The notes below the pieces were generated by a model that was not told where the DNA came from, ran no database searches, and saw only the letters and a list, made by a program, of their open reading frames with translations. A stretch of 62,807 bases of DNA, the filler included. It is 6 parts of 6 records of this genome, joined end to end, with 100 filler letters (N's around TTAATTAATTAA, not from the genome) between each part and the next. Parts side by side here need not be neighbours in the genome. Positions count along the whole stretch, not along the records: positions 1 to 16,531 come from SRR31156797_26507; 5 more parts are not named here. One strand, written 5' to 3'. The position numbers and the translations under genes were made by a program. Shown here one piece after another: positions 1 through 9,306 of the stretch (the first letter of the stretch is position 1; each line of letters opens with the position of its first letter).

Positions 1-28
1 ACGCCCCGAAGCTTCGGGGCGTCTCTAC
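1..28. repeat. REP-like palindrome (GTAG type), truncated by window start
   Basis: Perfect 22-bp palindrome ACGCCCCGAAGCTTCGGGGCGT (1-22) followed by CTCTAC, reading GTAGAGACG... on the minus strand, as in GTAG-family REPs. Confidence 0.6.
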
Positions 29-57
29 AAATATGAAATAACATTGAAATAATTAAA

Positions 58-483
58 TTATCTGAACATTGCCTTTATGCTGCCCCAGGTTTGCTGGGTT
101 ACGCCAAGGCTTGTGAGGGAAACCTTTATCTTGTCTGAATTCTTGAATGTCCCGTCTTTTAAAACAGCACGCACAAAATAATTAAATTCGTAATTTCCTG
201 TTTCTGAAGATTTAGAGAAAATGTTATCATCCTGAAAGGTATATGACGCTCCACCACCTAATGCAGTAACGGAAGCTCTTTTATCCAGGATTTCACTGTC
301 GGAACGAGAGCGGTAAATTTCGTAATAATGGACGTTGCGTTCATCTTTTGCCTGCCAGTCAACACGAATACCGGAATCATATTCATTTGCGGCCACAAAG
401 TTAAAACCATCCCATGCAAAGAGAAGGCTGGCACTGAATGCCAAGATCGTGATCGCTAGTAAATGTAGTTTTTTCATCTTCAT
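58..483 (-). CDS. Small secreted FN3/Ig-like protein with C-terminal TWGSIKAMFR tail
   Basis: Signal peptide MKMKKLHLLAITILAFSASLLFA (ORF is open to 507; ATG at 483 preferred). Pattern W..E.N...YEIYRS...Y.F.D...Y.VRA..DG. Confidence 0.8.
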   Translation of the reverse strand: MKMKKLHLLAITILAFSASLLFAWDGFNFVAANEYDSGIRVDWQAKDERNVHYYEIYRSRSDSEILDKRASVTALGGGASYTFQDDNIFSKSSETGNYEFNYFVRAVLKDGTFKNSDKIKVSLTSLGVTQQTWGSIKAMFR

Positions 484-692
484 ACGCTCTGTCGAAAAAT
501 ATACCAATTAATTTCAGGTAATGGCAAGTAAAAAATCACCTGCCACTTTTTTGCTTTCTACTTCAAACTTTTGCCTTAATACACCAATCCCCCGGATGAC
601 GGAACAGAAAAGTCAACAGACTTAACTTACCGCCAGCCGGGGGATCTCATGATAATGATCGATCTTAAACCATTACCACGATACAATATTCA

Positions 693-2354
693 TTAATATC
701 TCAAATTAACCTGTATAGAGTAATACATATTGGGCTGTTCATCAATGACCCGAAGTTCACATGCCGTCTGAAATTCGATCTGATTTCTCCAGCGATACAG
801 CCATTCAAGTTTCAAGGCATCCGTTATAGTAAGATCGCCCATCAGCCATGTGGTCGCATAATCGAGCTCTTCGGCACGAAATGCATGGCTTTGGTTCGAA
901 TTAGCTCCGCTAGGATACATTGTACCGGCCACATCCAGAGAATCAGCGCCTTTAATAATATGTTTATAATTGAGGGTCAAGCTATGTTTTGCGCTTATAT
1001 CATATTTGATCTTTCCATTCAACACCTGAGAATTGGGACCAAATCTAAATCCCAGATCGGAACCATTATGCGTGAATGTACTTGCAGGATAATGGTGTGA
1101 ATATGTCCAGGGTCGAACCGCAGTATATTCAACGCTTAGGTCCATGGGAAAGAACCTCGGTGACCATTGAAAACCACCTTGAAGAGCCATTCTTTGCAAG
1201 AAATAATCGTTCCCAATCTCACCTAACCATAAATCATCTACCATTACATTCCCATATAGTCTCAGACCATCAAATGCAAATAATTCTCCACCAAGGCTTA
1301 TCATTTTATTGTCTCGCAATCCCAGAACTGTTTCAGTTGGCCAAAGTACAAGGAAAGGCACCATATAGGTCAATTCCATAGGGCGATTTCCATAGATCAT
1401 CATTTCAGCAATATTGACATGGAATTTAGGATGAAGATGGATCTCCATGTGGTGACCGACGAGGTATTTAGGCAAATATGTTTTACCTGCATCAGTATAA
1501 GTGAATTCATTGCTCATTAGCGAACCATACAGGAATTGATACTTTAATCTTTTGAACTCTTTGGTATATGATAGAGATGCAAATGGTGGCGCAACTTCCG
1601 AAAGCAAAACAGTATTCATGGAATTGCCCCAGATAACAGGGTAATAAGCCAATGAAAGTGCACCGAAATTACCACTTAAATTTGCATAGCTTTTGGAATT
1701 CCACAAGGTGTTGAAACTTGTTCTTTCATAATAAGGATAATTGATCAATTCTTCAGCCGGAGCTTCGAAATCATCATTGATCAATTGATGATAAAAATAG
1801 CCATCTGTATAAAATGACAGGTGATCACCAAACTGCATGGCAACTTCTGCTCCAATTTTATCAAAGGAACGATAACTTACATTCTTACCTTCTCCCCTGA
1901 CTGTATAATCGGTATTGATCCATATCGTTTTATTTTCATCCTCATGAATAAAAATGTGCTGATCTTCTTCGTAAATATCATCCATCGCCCAATTGGTCAT
2001 ATCCGTATCAAAATTCTTCCATGTTGCTAAGCCGAATCTACTATCTCGGTCCTTTTTCAATGCAGGATGTTTTTTATCGCTTAATTCATGGCGATAATTG
2101 GACAAGTACATCGTCAGCAATTGCCTGTCAACACGGTGCAATTCCCCTTCAATACTCTTTACTTTTGTTAACCATAATGCCACATCATCTCTCATGAGAG
2201 GTTTGACATCGTTCATAAATTCGGGAATAAAACCCCTGGTCGCTTGTCTTTCCAGAAAATCGTATACCGGATCATCGACCGGAACATACAATGTCATGGC
2301 TTGTGAGACAGCAACCAATGCCAGCAAGATCATCATAAACTTTTTCATTTTCAC
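693..2354 (-). CDS. Capsule assembly Wzi-like outer membrane beta-barrel, paralog 1
   Basis: Signal peptide, VPVDDPVYDFLER N-terminal motif, YTAVRPWTYSH/GPNS motifs, terminal aromatic beta-signal YSIQVNLRY, located in a polysaccharide cluster. Confidence 0.7.
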   Translation of the reverse strand: MKMKKFMMILLALVAVSQAMTLYVPVDDPVYDFLERQATRGFIPEFMNDVKPLMRDDVALWLTKVKSIEGELHRVDRQLLTMYLSNYRHELSDKKHPALKKDRDSRFGLATWKNFDTDMTNWAMDDIYEEDQHIFIHEDENKTIWINTDYTVRGEGKNVSYRSFDKIGAEVAMQFGDHLSFYTDGYFYHQLINDDFEAPAEELINYPYYERTSFNTLWNSKSYANLSGNFGALSLAYYPVIWGNSMNTVLLSEVAPPFASLSYTKEFKRLKYQFLYGSLMSNEFTYTDAGKTYLPKYLVGHHMEIHLHPKFHVNIAEMMIYGNRPMELTYMVPFLVLWPTETVLGLRDNKMISLGGELFAFDGLRLYGNVMVDDLWLGEIGNDYFLQRMALQGGFQWSPRFFPMDLSVEYTAVRPWTYSHHYPASTFTHNGSDLGFRFGPNSQVLNGKIKYDISAKHSLTLNYKHIIKGADSLDVAGTMYPSGANSNQSHAFRAEELDYATTWLMGDLTITDALKLEWLYRWRNQIEFQTACELRVIDEQPNMYYSIQVNLRY

Positions 2355-2577
2355 TTTCCCCGTTTGAAAATGTTAAACTTATACTTCATGCAATTTCTTA
2401 TTGCTGACACATGTTAATCCTATATTCATAATATTTAAAGTCAATAAATAGGCAAACTTCCTTCAAGAAAGCAAAAAGATTGATTTAAGAATTTTTCAAT
2501 TAATTGAATCTTAAATCAATCTTTAAGTAATCGGCTAATTTCTTGAAGCTTATATGAGTTTTGTTGATTTTACAGGA

Positions 2578-3978
2578 TTAAGTACCTGAACCCGAAAACA
2601 TGATAGCCACAGTGTTCAACATGATCTTTAGATCCAGTTTCAACGACATATTTTCGATATAATAAATATCACAGTTGAATTTTTGTATTACTTCCTCTAG
2701 GGTTTGTGGATAAGGTACGGATATTTGCGCCCACCCGGTAATACCCGGTTTGACCTTCATGCGGTGACGGTAGAGAGGTATTTGCTTTTCAAGCTGTTCC
2801 GTTAGTTTGGGCATATCCGGCCGAGGACCTATGATACTCATATCACCCTTTAATACATTAAGAAGTTGGGGTATCTCATCAATCCTGAATCGCCTGATGA
2901 ACTGACCTATTTTAGTAACCCTGGAATCATTCTCTGTTGTTAGAATTACTTTTTCTCCAGCTTCTTTTACATTATGCTTCATAGATCGAAATTTTATTAT
3001 TCTAAAGGGATTACTATATAAACCCAGCCTATCCTGAGTATAGAAGATTGGACCTTTCGAATCCAACCATATCAATATGGATAAAATCAGACCAAAAGGT
3101 AAGAACAATAGTAAACCGAGAATTGATAACAAGATATCGGTCGCCCTTTTAATAAATTTTTCCCATGGTTGCATAATCCCTGGATTTATGTCTATCAATG
3201 GAATACCATAGATCTGTTGAGTTCGAGCAAGACCCGAAATAATATCGTACATATCCGGCAATATCTTCATTCCAACTCGTGTTTCGGCTACTTTGTTGAT
3301 CACATCTAAAACTTTATCATGTTTATCGGTTCCAAAAGCGATCACTAATTGCTTGACTTGGTGTTCTTCGATAAGATTTTTAATATCATCTAATTTTCCA
3401 ATTACAGGGATATTCTTATAATTATCAGATGTTATTTTTTCCTCATCAGTTGAAATAAAACCAACAATATTATATCCCAAAGCAGGATACTGTTTGATCT
3501 TCTCATATATTTCATGGCCTTTTTCGTTACATCCAATAATAAAACTCGGAGTAAGTCCTATGCCTTTCATTAATTGATTATGACGCACAGAAAGAATGAT
3601 ACTTCTAAAAATGATCGTTATCGTGAGTTGGGCAAACCAATATATTAATATCACAAAACGACCTATTGAAAAGGGATTAAACATATCAAAAGTAATTAAA
3701 AACAGCAGGATCACTCCATAACTTGTTGCTCTAAAGACTTTTATATTCTCATCAGTTCTGGATGGAGCTTCAGGGAGATGATATAGACCATTGTATAAAT
3801 AAAATACTAGCCAATAGGCATAAAGAACTGCTACTGGTACCCACAAATCACTTATATACAGTTCAATATCAACGGAGAACATTCCCGATCGATACCTTAG
3901 CCAAAACACTGAAAAAAAAGCAATCAGTGTGGAAAGAAGATCAGAGATAAATAATGATATTTTGTATGCTTTGCTCAT
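2578..3978 (-). CDS. Priming undecaprenyl-phosphate sugar-phosphotransferase (WcaJ/WbaP family)
   Basis: Four N-terminal TMs, Rossmann-like middle domain, C-terminal KFRSM, RIDEIPQLLNVLKGDMSIIGPRP and KPGITGWAQ motifs. Confidence 0.93.
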   Translation of the reverse strand: MSKAYKISLFISDLLSTLIAFFSVFWLRYRSGMFSVDIELYISDLWVPVAVLYAYWLVFYLYNGLYHLPEAPSRTDENIKVFRATSYGVILLFLITFDMFNPFSIGRFVILIYWFAQLTITIIFRSIILSVRHNQLMKGIGLTPSFIIGCNEKGHEIYEKIKQYPALGYNIVGFISTDEEKITSDNYKNIPVIGKLDDIKNLIEEHQVKQLVIAFGTDKHDKVLDVINKVAETRVGMKILPDMYDIISGLARTQQIYGIPLIDINPGIMQPWEKFIKRATDILLSILGLLLFLPFGLILSILIWLDSKGPIFYTQDRLGLYSNPFRIIKFRSMKHNVKEAGEKVILTTENDSRVTKIGQFIRRFRIDEIPQLLNVLKGDMSIIGPRPDMPKLTEQLEKQIPLYRHRMKVKPGITGWAQISVPYPQTLEEVIQKFNCDIYYIENMSLKLDLKIMLNTVAIMFSGSGT

Positions 3979-3994
3979 ATTCTACCTTTTTCTA

Positions 3995-5674
3995 TCAATA
4001 TCTCAAATGAATTTGGAATGAATAGTATATATCAAGCGTATTATTGATTGACCGAAGTTCGCACGATGAAAGGAATTCAATTTGATTTCTCCACCTATGC
4101 AGCCAATCCAGCTTTAGGGAACTGATCGTTGAAATATCACCCATTAACCATGTAGTATTGAAATCCAGAATATTAAAACGATCTTCGTAATTTTGATTTA
4201 CATCACCACCAACCGGGTATCCTATACCGCCAAAATAAATTGAATCAGCACCTTCCCAGGTGTAGTTGTACTCTAATGAAATCTTATCTTTTGCGGTTAG
4301 ATCATAATTGATCGCTGTAGTAAATAATCTGGTGTTTGGACCCAAATAAAAGCCAAGCCCTTCCCCATGGTGTGCATATGAAGCATATTCAAACCTGTGA
4401 GTATAGGTCCAAGGATGTACGGCAGTTAATTCCATTTGGATATCCATGGGTAGCTTTCTCGGTGAAAATTGGACCCCTCCCTGAAGAGCATATTTATTGG
4501 CCCACCAGTCTGTGTTTAATTTTGTAAATGATAACTCATCCATAAAGATACTTCCGTAAGCTCTTATCCCGTTCATCGGGAATGCTTCTATACCGATCGA
4601 TATCATTTTGTTGTCTCGATCTCCCAATGTATGTTCAGAAGGCCAAAGCAAAATAACAGGAATCATATAGGTCGGCTCGGGAAGTCGATTCCCATAAATC
4701 AGCATTTCAGAAAAAGTGACATGAAATTTTGGAGAAAAATTGATCTCAATATTATGACCGACCAGATATTTAGGATCATAAGTTTTCCCTATTTCCTCAG
4801 ACCACGAATAATTTGTAGTCATAAGATTTCCGTGTATAAATGAATACTTGAAATTCTTGAATTTCTTAGTATATCTGATGGATCCAAAAGTAACAGCATC
4901 TTTACTCAACAGCGTTGAATTTAGAGAATTTCCCCATTCTATTGGATATTGTGCTATAGAAAAAGTGCCATATTTGCCTGTAACATTAAAATAAGCTTCG
5001 GATTTATCAAATGTTAGTATGCGATTAAATTCATGGTCATTTATCCAACTCCCACTTGCTTCATCCGGCAGATCCTGCCAGGCATCGGGAACTACTTGAT
5101 GGAAAAAATATCCGTCTACGAACATAGACAGATGATCACCGATCTGAAAGGAAGCTTCAGCACCTAATTTATCATAATATCTTAGTGTTTTATTCTTTCC
5201 TTCCCCACGAAATGTAAGATCGGCATTTATCCAAATGGTATTTTTCCCATCTTCCATTAGGTATATATGATTTTCCTCATTATAAATATTGTCAGTTACC
5301 AGGCACTTCATATCCCCTTTAAAATTATCCCAAGATGAAAAGCCTAATCGGTAATCACTGCTGTCAGTCAGAGCAGGATGTTTCTTATCCGTTAACTCAT
5401 GCCTGTACTCACTGATATATTCATTTAACAGCTCTCTGTCAACTTTATTAAAGACATGTTTTATTTCATTTAACTTAAATAACCACTGAGCTATATCATC
5501 CCTCTGCAAGGGTTTTGAGTCATTCATAAGCTCGGGAATATATCCCCGTGTAGCTTGTCTTTCAAGATAATCATATATTTCATCATCGACAGGAACAAAC
5601 AATTGCATTGAGAAGGCAATTGAACTTACCACCATAACTAAAAGCAAATTTATGAGTCTTCTTTTCAAATTCAT
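3995..5674 (-). CDS. Capsule assembly Wzi-like outer membrane beta-barrel, paralog 2
   Basis: Colinear with 693-2354 (FVPVDDEIYDYLERQATRG, LTAVHPWTYTH, TTWLMGD, YYSFQIHLRY). Confidence 0.7.
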   Translation of the reverse strand: MNLKRRLINLLLVMVVSSIAFSMQLFVPVDDEIYDYLERQATRGYIPELMNDSKPLQRDDIAQWLFKLNEIKHVFNKVDRELLNEYISEYRHELTDKKHPALTDSSDYRLGFSSWDNFKGDMKCLVTDNIYNEENHIYLMEDGKNTIWINADLTFRGEGKNKTLRYYDKLGAEASFQIGDHLSMFVDGYFFHQVVPDAWQDLPDEASGSWINDHEFNRILTFDKSEAYFNVTGKYGTFSIAQYPIEWGNSLNSTLLSKDAVTFGSIRYTKKFKNFKYSFIHGNLMTTNYSWSEEIGKTYDPKYLVGHNIEINFSPKFHVTFSEMLIYGNRLPEPTYMIPVILLWPSEHTLGDRDNKMISIGIEAFPMNGIRAYGSIFMDELSFTKLNTDWWANKYALQGGVQFSPRKLPMDIQMELTAVHPWTYTHRFEYASYAHHGEGLGFYLGPNTRLFTTAINYDLTAKDKISLEYNYTWEGADSIYFGGIGYPVGGDVNQNYEDRFNILDFNTTWLMGDISTISSLKLDWLHRWRNQIEFLSSCELRSINNTLDIYYSFQIHLRY

Positions 5675-5683
5675 AAGTCTTAA

Positions 5684-6895
5684 TTATCCTTCTATTTTCC
5701 TAATCGCAGCCAACATATTTGCTGCAATTGATTTTCTATTATAATCTTGTGCTAATTTACGACACCCCTCTACACAGCACCTATAAAATTCTTTATCTCT
5801 TGATAATTTATCCAGTTTTTTCTGAAAATCTGATTCATTTTCTGGTTCAAAGGATAATCCTGCCTGATATTTATTGATAACACTTTCAGCCTCTCCTTTT
5901 AGTCCAAGCAAGATTGGTTTTTCCATTGCGGCATTTTCAAATATCTTTGAGGGTAATGCACCCAGAAATAAATCTGATTTTTTAAGATTGATCAAAGCGA
6001 TATCAATTGAAGCGATGTATTCGGGAACCATGCTCTTTGGTATTCCCGCTAAAATACTAACGTTTTTTAATCCAAGTTTTTCTTTGAGAGCTATCAGGTT
6101 TTCTTTTTCGGCTCCTTCTCCAACGATCAAAAAGTGCAGATTAGGATTTATAATCTTGGCGGCCGATCGTAAAATAAAATCTAGCTTATGAGCCATCCCC
6201 AATGTTCCAATGTAGGCAATGATCGTCTTTCCTTCACATCCCAAATCACGTATTAAATTTGTATTTTTCCCCCGAGGTGTAAAATCTTTAAGATTTGCAC
6301 CATTTGTAAACACCTTTAGTTTAGTTTCGGGAATAGCTTTTTGAATAAGTCTTTGTTTAATACCCTGAGTTACACAAATGATCTTTTTTGCTGAACGATA
6401 GCAAAGTTTTTCTTTCTTTTCGAAATATTTAATAGCTAGCCCGTCTTTTACAGCTCCAACTGTTTTAATCGATTCCGGCCAAATATCACGTACTTCCATG
6501 ATCCATGGTTTTCTTTTTATCCTTGCCAACTTCCTTGCAGCCAATGCAGTAAATAGCTGAGGGCTTGTACCTATGATCACATCGCAGTTTTTGAATAAGC
6601 CTGCATGAAAAGCCGAAAAACCGAAGCTCATGAAATCCAGGGTTCTCTTTATTGTTCCCTTATTAGCTGTCATATATGTCCAAACACGATGTACTTTAAT
6701 ACCCTCAATAATTTCTTTCTGGGATAATCGGTTTTTATAGCCTTCATAGACTTTTCCGTTGGGGAAATTCGGTGCACATGTGATAACTGTGACATCTGCT
6801 CCAAGCTTCACCCATTCTCTGCAATGCTCATAGGTCCTGGTTGCCGGAGCATTGACTTCGGGTGGAAAATTATCTGTCAGAAAGAGGATTTTCAT
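5684..6895 (-). CDS. GT4 glycosyltransferase, WbuB-like
   Basis: N-terminus MKILFLTDNFPPEVNAPATR, plus EVRDIWPES and PSKIFE motifs. Confidence 0.9.
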   Translation of the reverse strand: MKILFLTDNFPPEVNAPATRTYEHCREWVKLGADVTVITCAPNFPNGKVYEGYKNRLSQKEIIEGIKVHRVWTYMTANKGTIKRTLDFMSFGFSAFHAGLFKNCDVIIGTSPQLFTALAARKLARIKRKPWIMEVRDIWPESIKTVGAVKDGLAIKYFEKKEKLCYRSAKKIICVTQGIKQRLIQKAIPETKLKVFTNGANLKDFTPRGKNTNLIRDLGCEGKTIIAYIGTLGMAHKLDFILRSAAKIINPNLHFLIVGEGAEKENLIALKEKLGLKNVSILAGIPKSMVPEYIASIDIALINLKKSDLFLGALPSKIFENAAMEKPILLGLKGEAESVINKYQAGLSFEPENESDFQKKLDKLSRDKEFYRCCVEGCRKLAQDYNRKSIAANMLAAIRKIEG

Positions 6896-8178
6896 GTTAT
6901 TTCCGTTTCTGTCTTTAACCCATTCAGATATACAACGAATAGGACCATTGCAACTATGCAGCTGACGGCAATTGAAATAACGGTTGCATATGCTGCTCCA
7001 TATATTTCAAAGCGTGGAATCAACAAATAATTCAGCAACAGATTTAGCAAAAGCATCGCAACTGCAGAATAACTGTTCCATTTTGCTTTGCCAACCGCTG
7101 CAAGAATATTCCCCAGGGGTACTCTAAAAAGATAAGTCGTCGCGACATTGATCATTAAAATATTAATAAGAGGGCGAGCCTCCATATAGTCTACGCCAAA
7201 AAGTTTGACTATCTCCCCACCAAAAATATACCAGATAGATAAGATAGCTAAAGAGATCAAAGAAAATATAGCGAGATATTTTTTATAATAATTGATAAGA
7301 TATTTTTTATCATTATATCTCTCCGCAATGTAAACAAAATCCGTTTGCATAAAAACACTTGGGATAAAGACAAGACTAAAAGGTATGAGTGCAGCAACTT
7401 TATAGGTTGCGACAAGAGTACTTTGAGCTAATAAAACACCTATCATGATCGTATCCAACTGCCAGGCCATTTGCGAAGCGATGTTACCCAGCCCGGCAAA
7501 CATTCCGTATTTGGTATATTCGGAAATTTTTACCGGCATATTCATAACTTTTTCAAATGGTCTTATCTTGATCTTTTCCCTTCTAGCTATTGCATAATAT
7601 ACAATAAGGGCCGAGATCGCCGGCGCCAGTGAAAATCCAATAACATAACCTCTGCCTTTAGACAAGAATACACCTAAAAGACTGAGCACAAAAACCAATA
7701 TGGAATTTAATAAAAGCGAGGCCGCATAAAATTTATTTCTCTTTAACACCCGTAAAAAGGATGCCGCTGTAAAAAAAAGATAATATGATAAAACATAGAT
7801 AGAAAATATTCTAAAATACAAAACAGAACCCGGCATACGGATAGCCAGTAAATGAGACAAACCAACCATCAAAATCATTATGGCGATAGAATATATAAAT
7901 CCACGTTGAATACTGTAATTGAAAAGCTTGACCTTTAAGTTCAAATCCTTTTGAATAGGGCCAAAATGCAGCAGAGACAGAAACAACCCTGCTCCACTAA
8001 AAGGGATGATCAATTGAGTTATGGTCAGTGCGTAACTAAGGTTTCCATATTCCTCTTTTGAAAGAAGGCGAATGATCAAAATACCCAGTATAAACTGAAT
8101 AATTCGTAATAGAATAGTAGAAGAAAAAATATGAACTCCACCTCTTTTACGAAAAGATTTCATGGTATTTTTAATCAT
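6892..8178 (-). CDS. wzx: Oligosaccharide flippase
   Basis: Polytopic membrane protein with RLLSKEEYG, DTIMIG and LLIPRFEIYGAAYAT motifs; overlaps the next gene by 4 bp. Confidence 0.88.
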   Translation of the reverse strand: MIKNTMKSFRKRGGVHIFSSTILLRIIQFILGILIIRLLSKEEYGNLSYALTITQLIIPFSGAGLFLSLLHFGPIQKDLNLKVKLFNYSIQRGFIYSIAIMILMVGLSHLLAIRMPGSVLYFRIFSIYVLSYYLFFTAASFLRVLKRNKFYAASLLLNSILVFVLSLLGVFLSKGRGYVIGFSLAPAISALIVYYAIARREKIKIRPFEKVMNMPVKISEYTKYGMFAGLGNIASQMAWQLDTIMIGVLLAQSTLVATYKVAALIPFSLVFIPSVFMQTDFVYIAERYNDKKYLINYYKKYLAIFSLISLAILSIWYIFGGEIVKLFGVDYMEARPLINILMINVATTYLFRVPLGNILAAVGKAKWNSYSAVAMLLLNLLLNYLLIPRFEIYGAAYATVISIAVSCIVAMVLFVVYLNGLKTETEIT

Positions 8179-8179
8179 A

Positions 8180-9298
8180 TCAATCTTTGTCTGCGATTTT
8201 ATTATATATTGATATCATCTGTTCAATACAATTATTCCAATCATAAATAGAAGCAACTTTTTTTCTGCCTTCTGCTCCCATTTTTTCCCTTAGTTTATCA
8301 TCCAACAACAGCCTTTCAAGGGAATTTGCAGCTGCTTGAGGATCTCTTTTGGGAACTATAAATCCCGTAATATTTTTATCTACAACTTCCGGTAGCCCGC
8401 CAACATTGGATACAACAACGGGCTTTGCGCAAGCACCTGCTTCAATTACTGAAACACCAAAACTCTCTTCAAGTGATAATGCTGCAAATATATCTAGAGA
8501 ATTTAAAAAATCAGGTATCTTGGTATGGTCAATCTTACCAAGAAATATCACTTCATTACTCACACCCAGTTCTCTTGAAAGTTTCATCAATTCATTTTTT
8601 GCAGATCCTTTTCCGGCAAGCGCAAGCTTCAAGGGTTTTTCGGGATGTCTTTTCCTTAGTATCGAAAATGCTTTAATAAGGTCGTCTATTGCATACTTAT
8701 CTTCAAGTGGTTTTGCGGTTCCAATAACAAAATCTTCGTGTCCGTATAGTCCAAAACTTTCCCTGGGCTTCGATCTAGGCGAAAAATCATGAATATCTAT
8801 TCCAAAAGGAGTTACTTCTATCGATTTGTTTGTAAATTTCTGCGTTTCTTTAGCCATAACATGACTTGTTGATAAAAGGTGATCCGATTTTCTAAAGTTT
8901 CTTTTTAACAGGCGTCTATTTATCCATGAGCGGTTTGGGAAATTAAAAACATCATAACCCCAGACAGATATTATCAAGGGAGTTGAATTTGATAATACTC
9001 CCAAGAGTCCATAACTTGAAGCAAAGTGAGCATGAACGATATCCGGATCATATTTTTTAATGATCGATTTGATCATCGGTATGGCCTTCAGGTATTTTAT
9101 TTTATTTAATCCGCCAAATCTGCTTTTCATTACATTCAATGCCATTGTTTCATGTTGAAAATGCTTACTTTCGACAAAATCATCAGTATTGAATGAATTT
9201 AAACTAAATAAAAAAACATCATATCCTTTTAATAAAAGACCATTTATCCATTTATGAGTATGAATAGAGTTTCCATCAGCTAAGTATAATATCTTCAT
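8180..9298 (-). CDS. GT4 glycosyltransferase
   Basis: HAHFASSYG and ESFGVSVIEA...PVVVSNVGGLPEVV (EX7E) motifs. Confidence 0.92.
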   Translation of the reverse strand: MKILYLADGNSIHTHKWINGLLLKGYDVFLFSLNSFNTDDFVESKHFQHETMALNVMKSRFGGLNKIKYLKAIPMIKSIIKKYDPDIVHAHFASSYGLLGVLSNSTPLIISVWGYDVFNFPNRSWINRRLLKRNFRKSDHLLSTSHVMAKETQKFTNKSIEVTPFGIDIHDFSPRSKPRESFGLYGHEDFVIGTAKPLEDKYAIDDLIKAFSILRKRHPEKPLKLALAGKGSAKNELMKLSRELGVSNEVIFLGKIDHTKIPDFLNSLDIFAALSLEESFGVSVIEAGACAKPVVVSNVGGLPEVVDKNITGFIVPKRDPQAAANSLERLLLDDKLREKMGAEGRKKVASIYDWNNCIEQMISIYNKIADKD

Positions 9299-9306
9299 AT
9301 TTAATC

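Noticed and set aside
587..645. tRNA or SRP RNA
   Set aside because: No cloverleaf or T-loop, and no SRP conserved loop motif.
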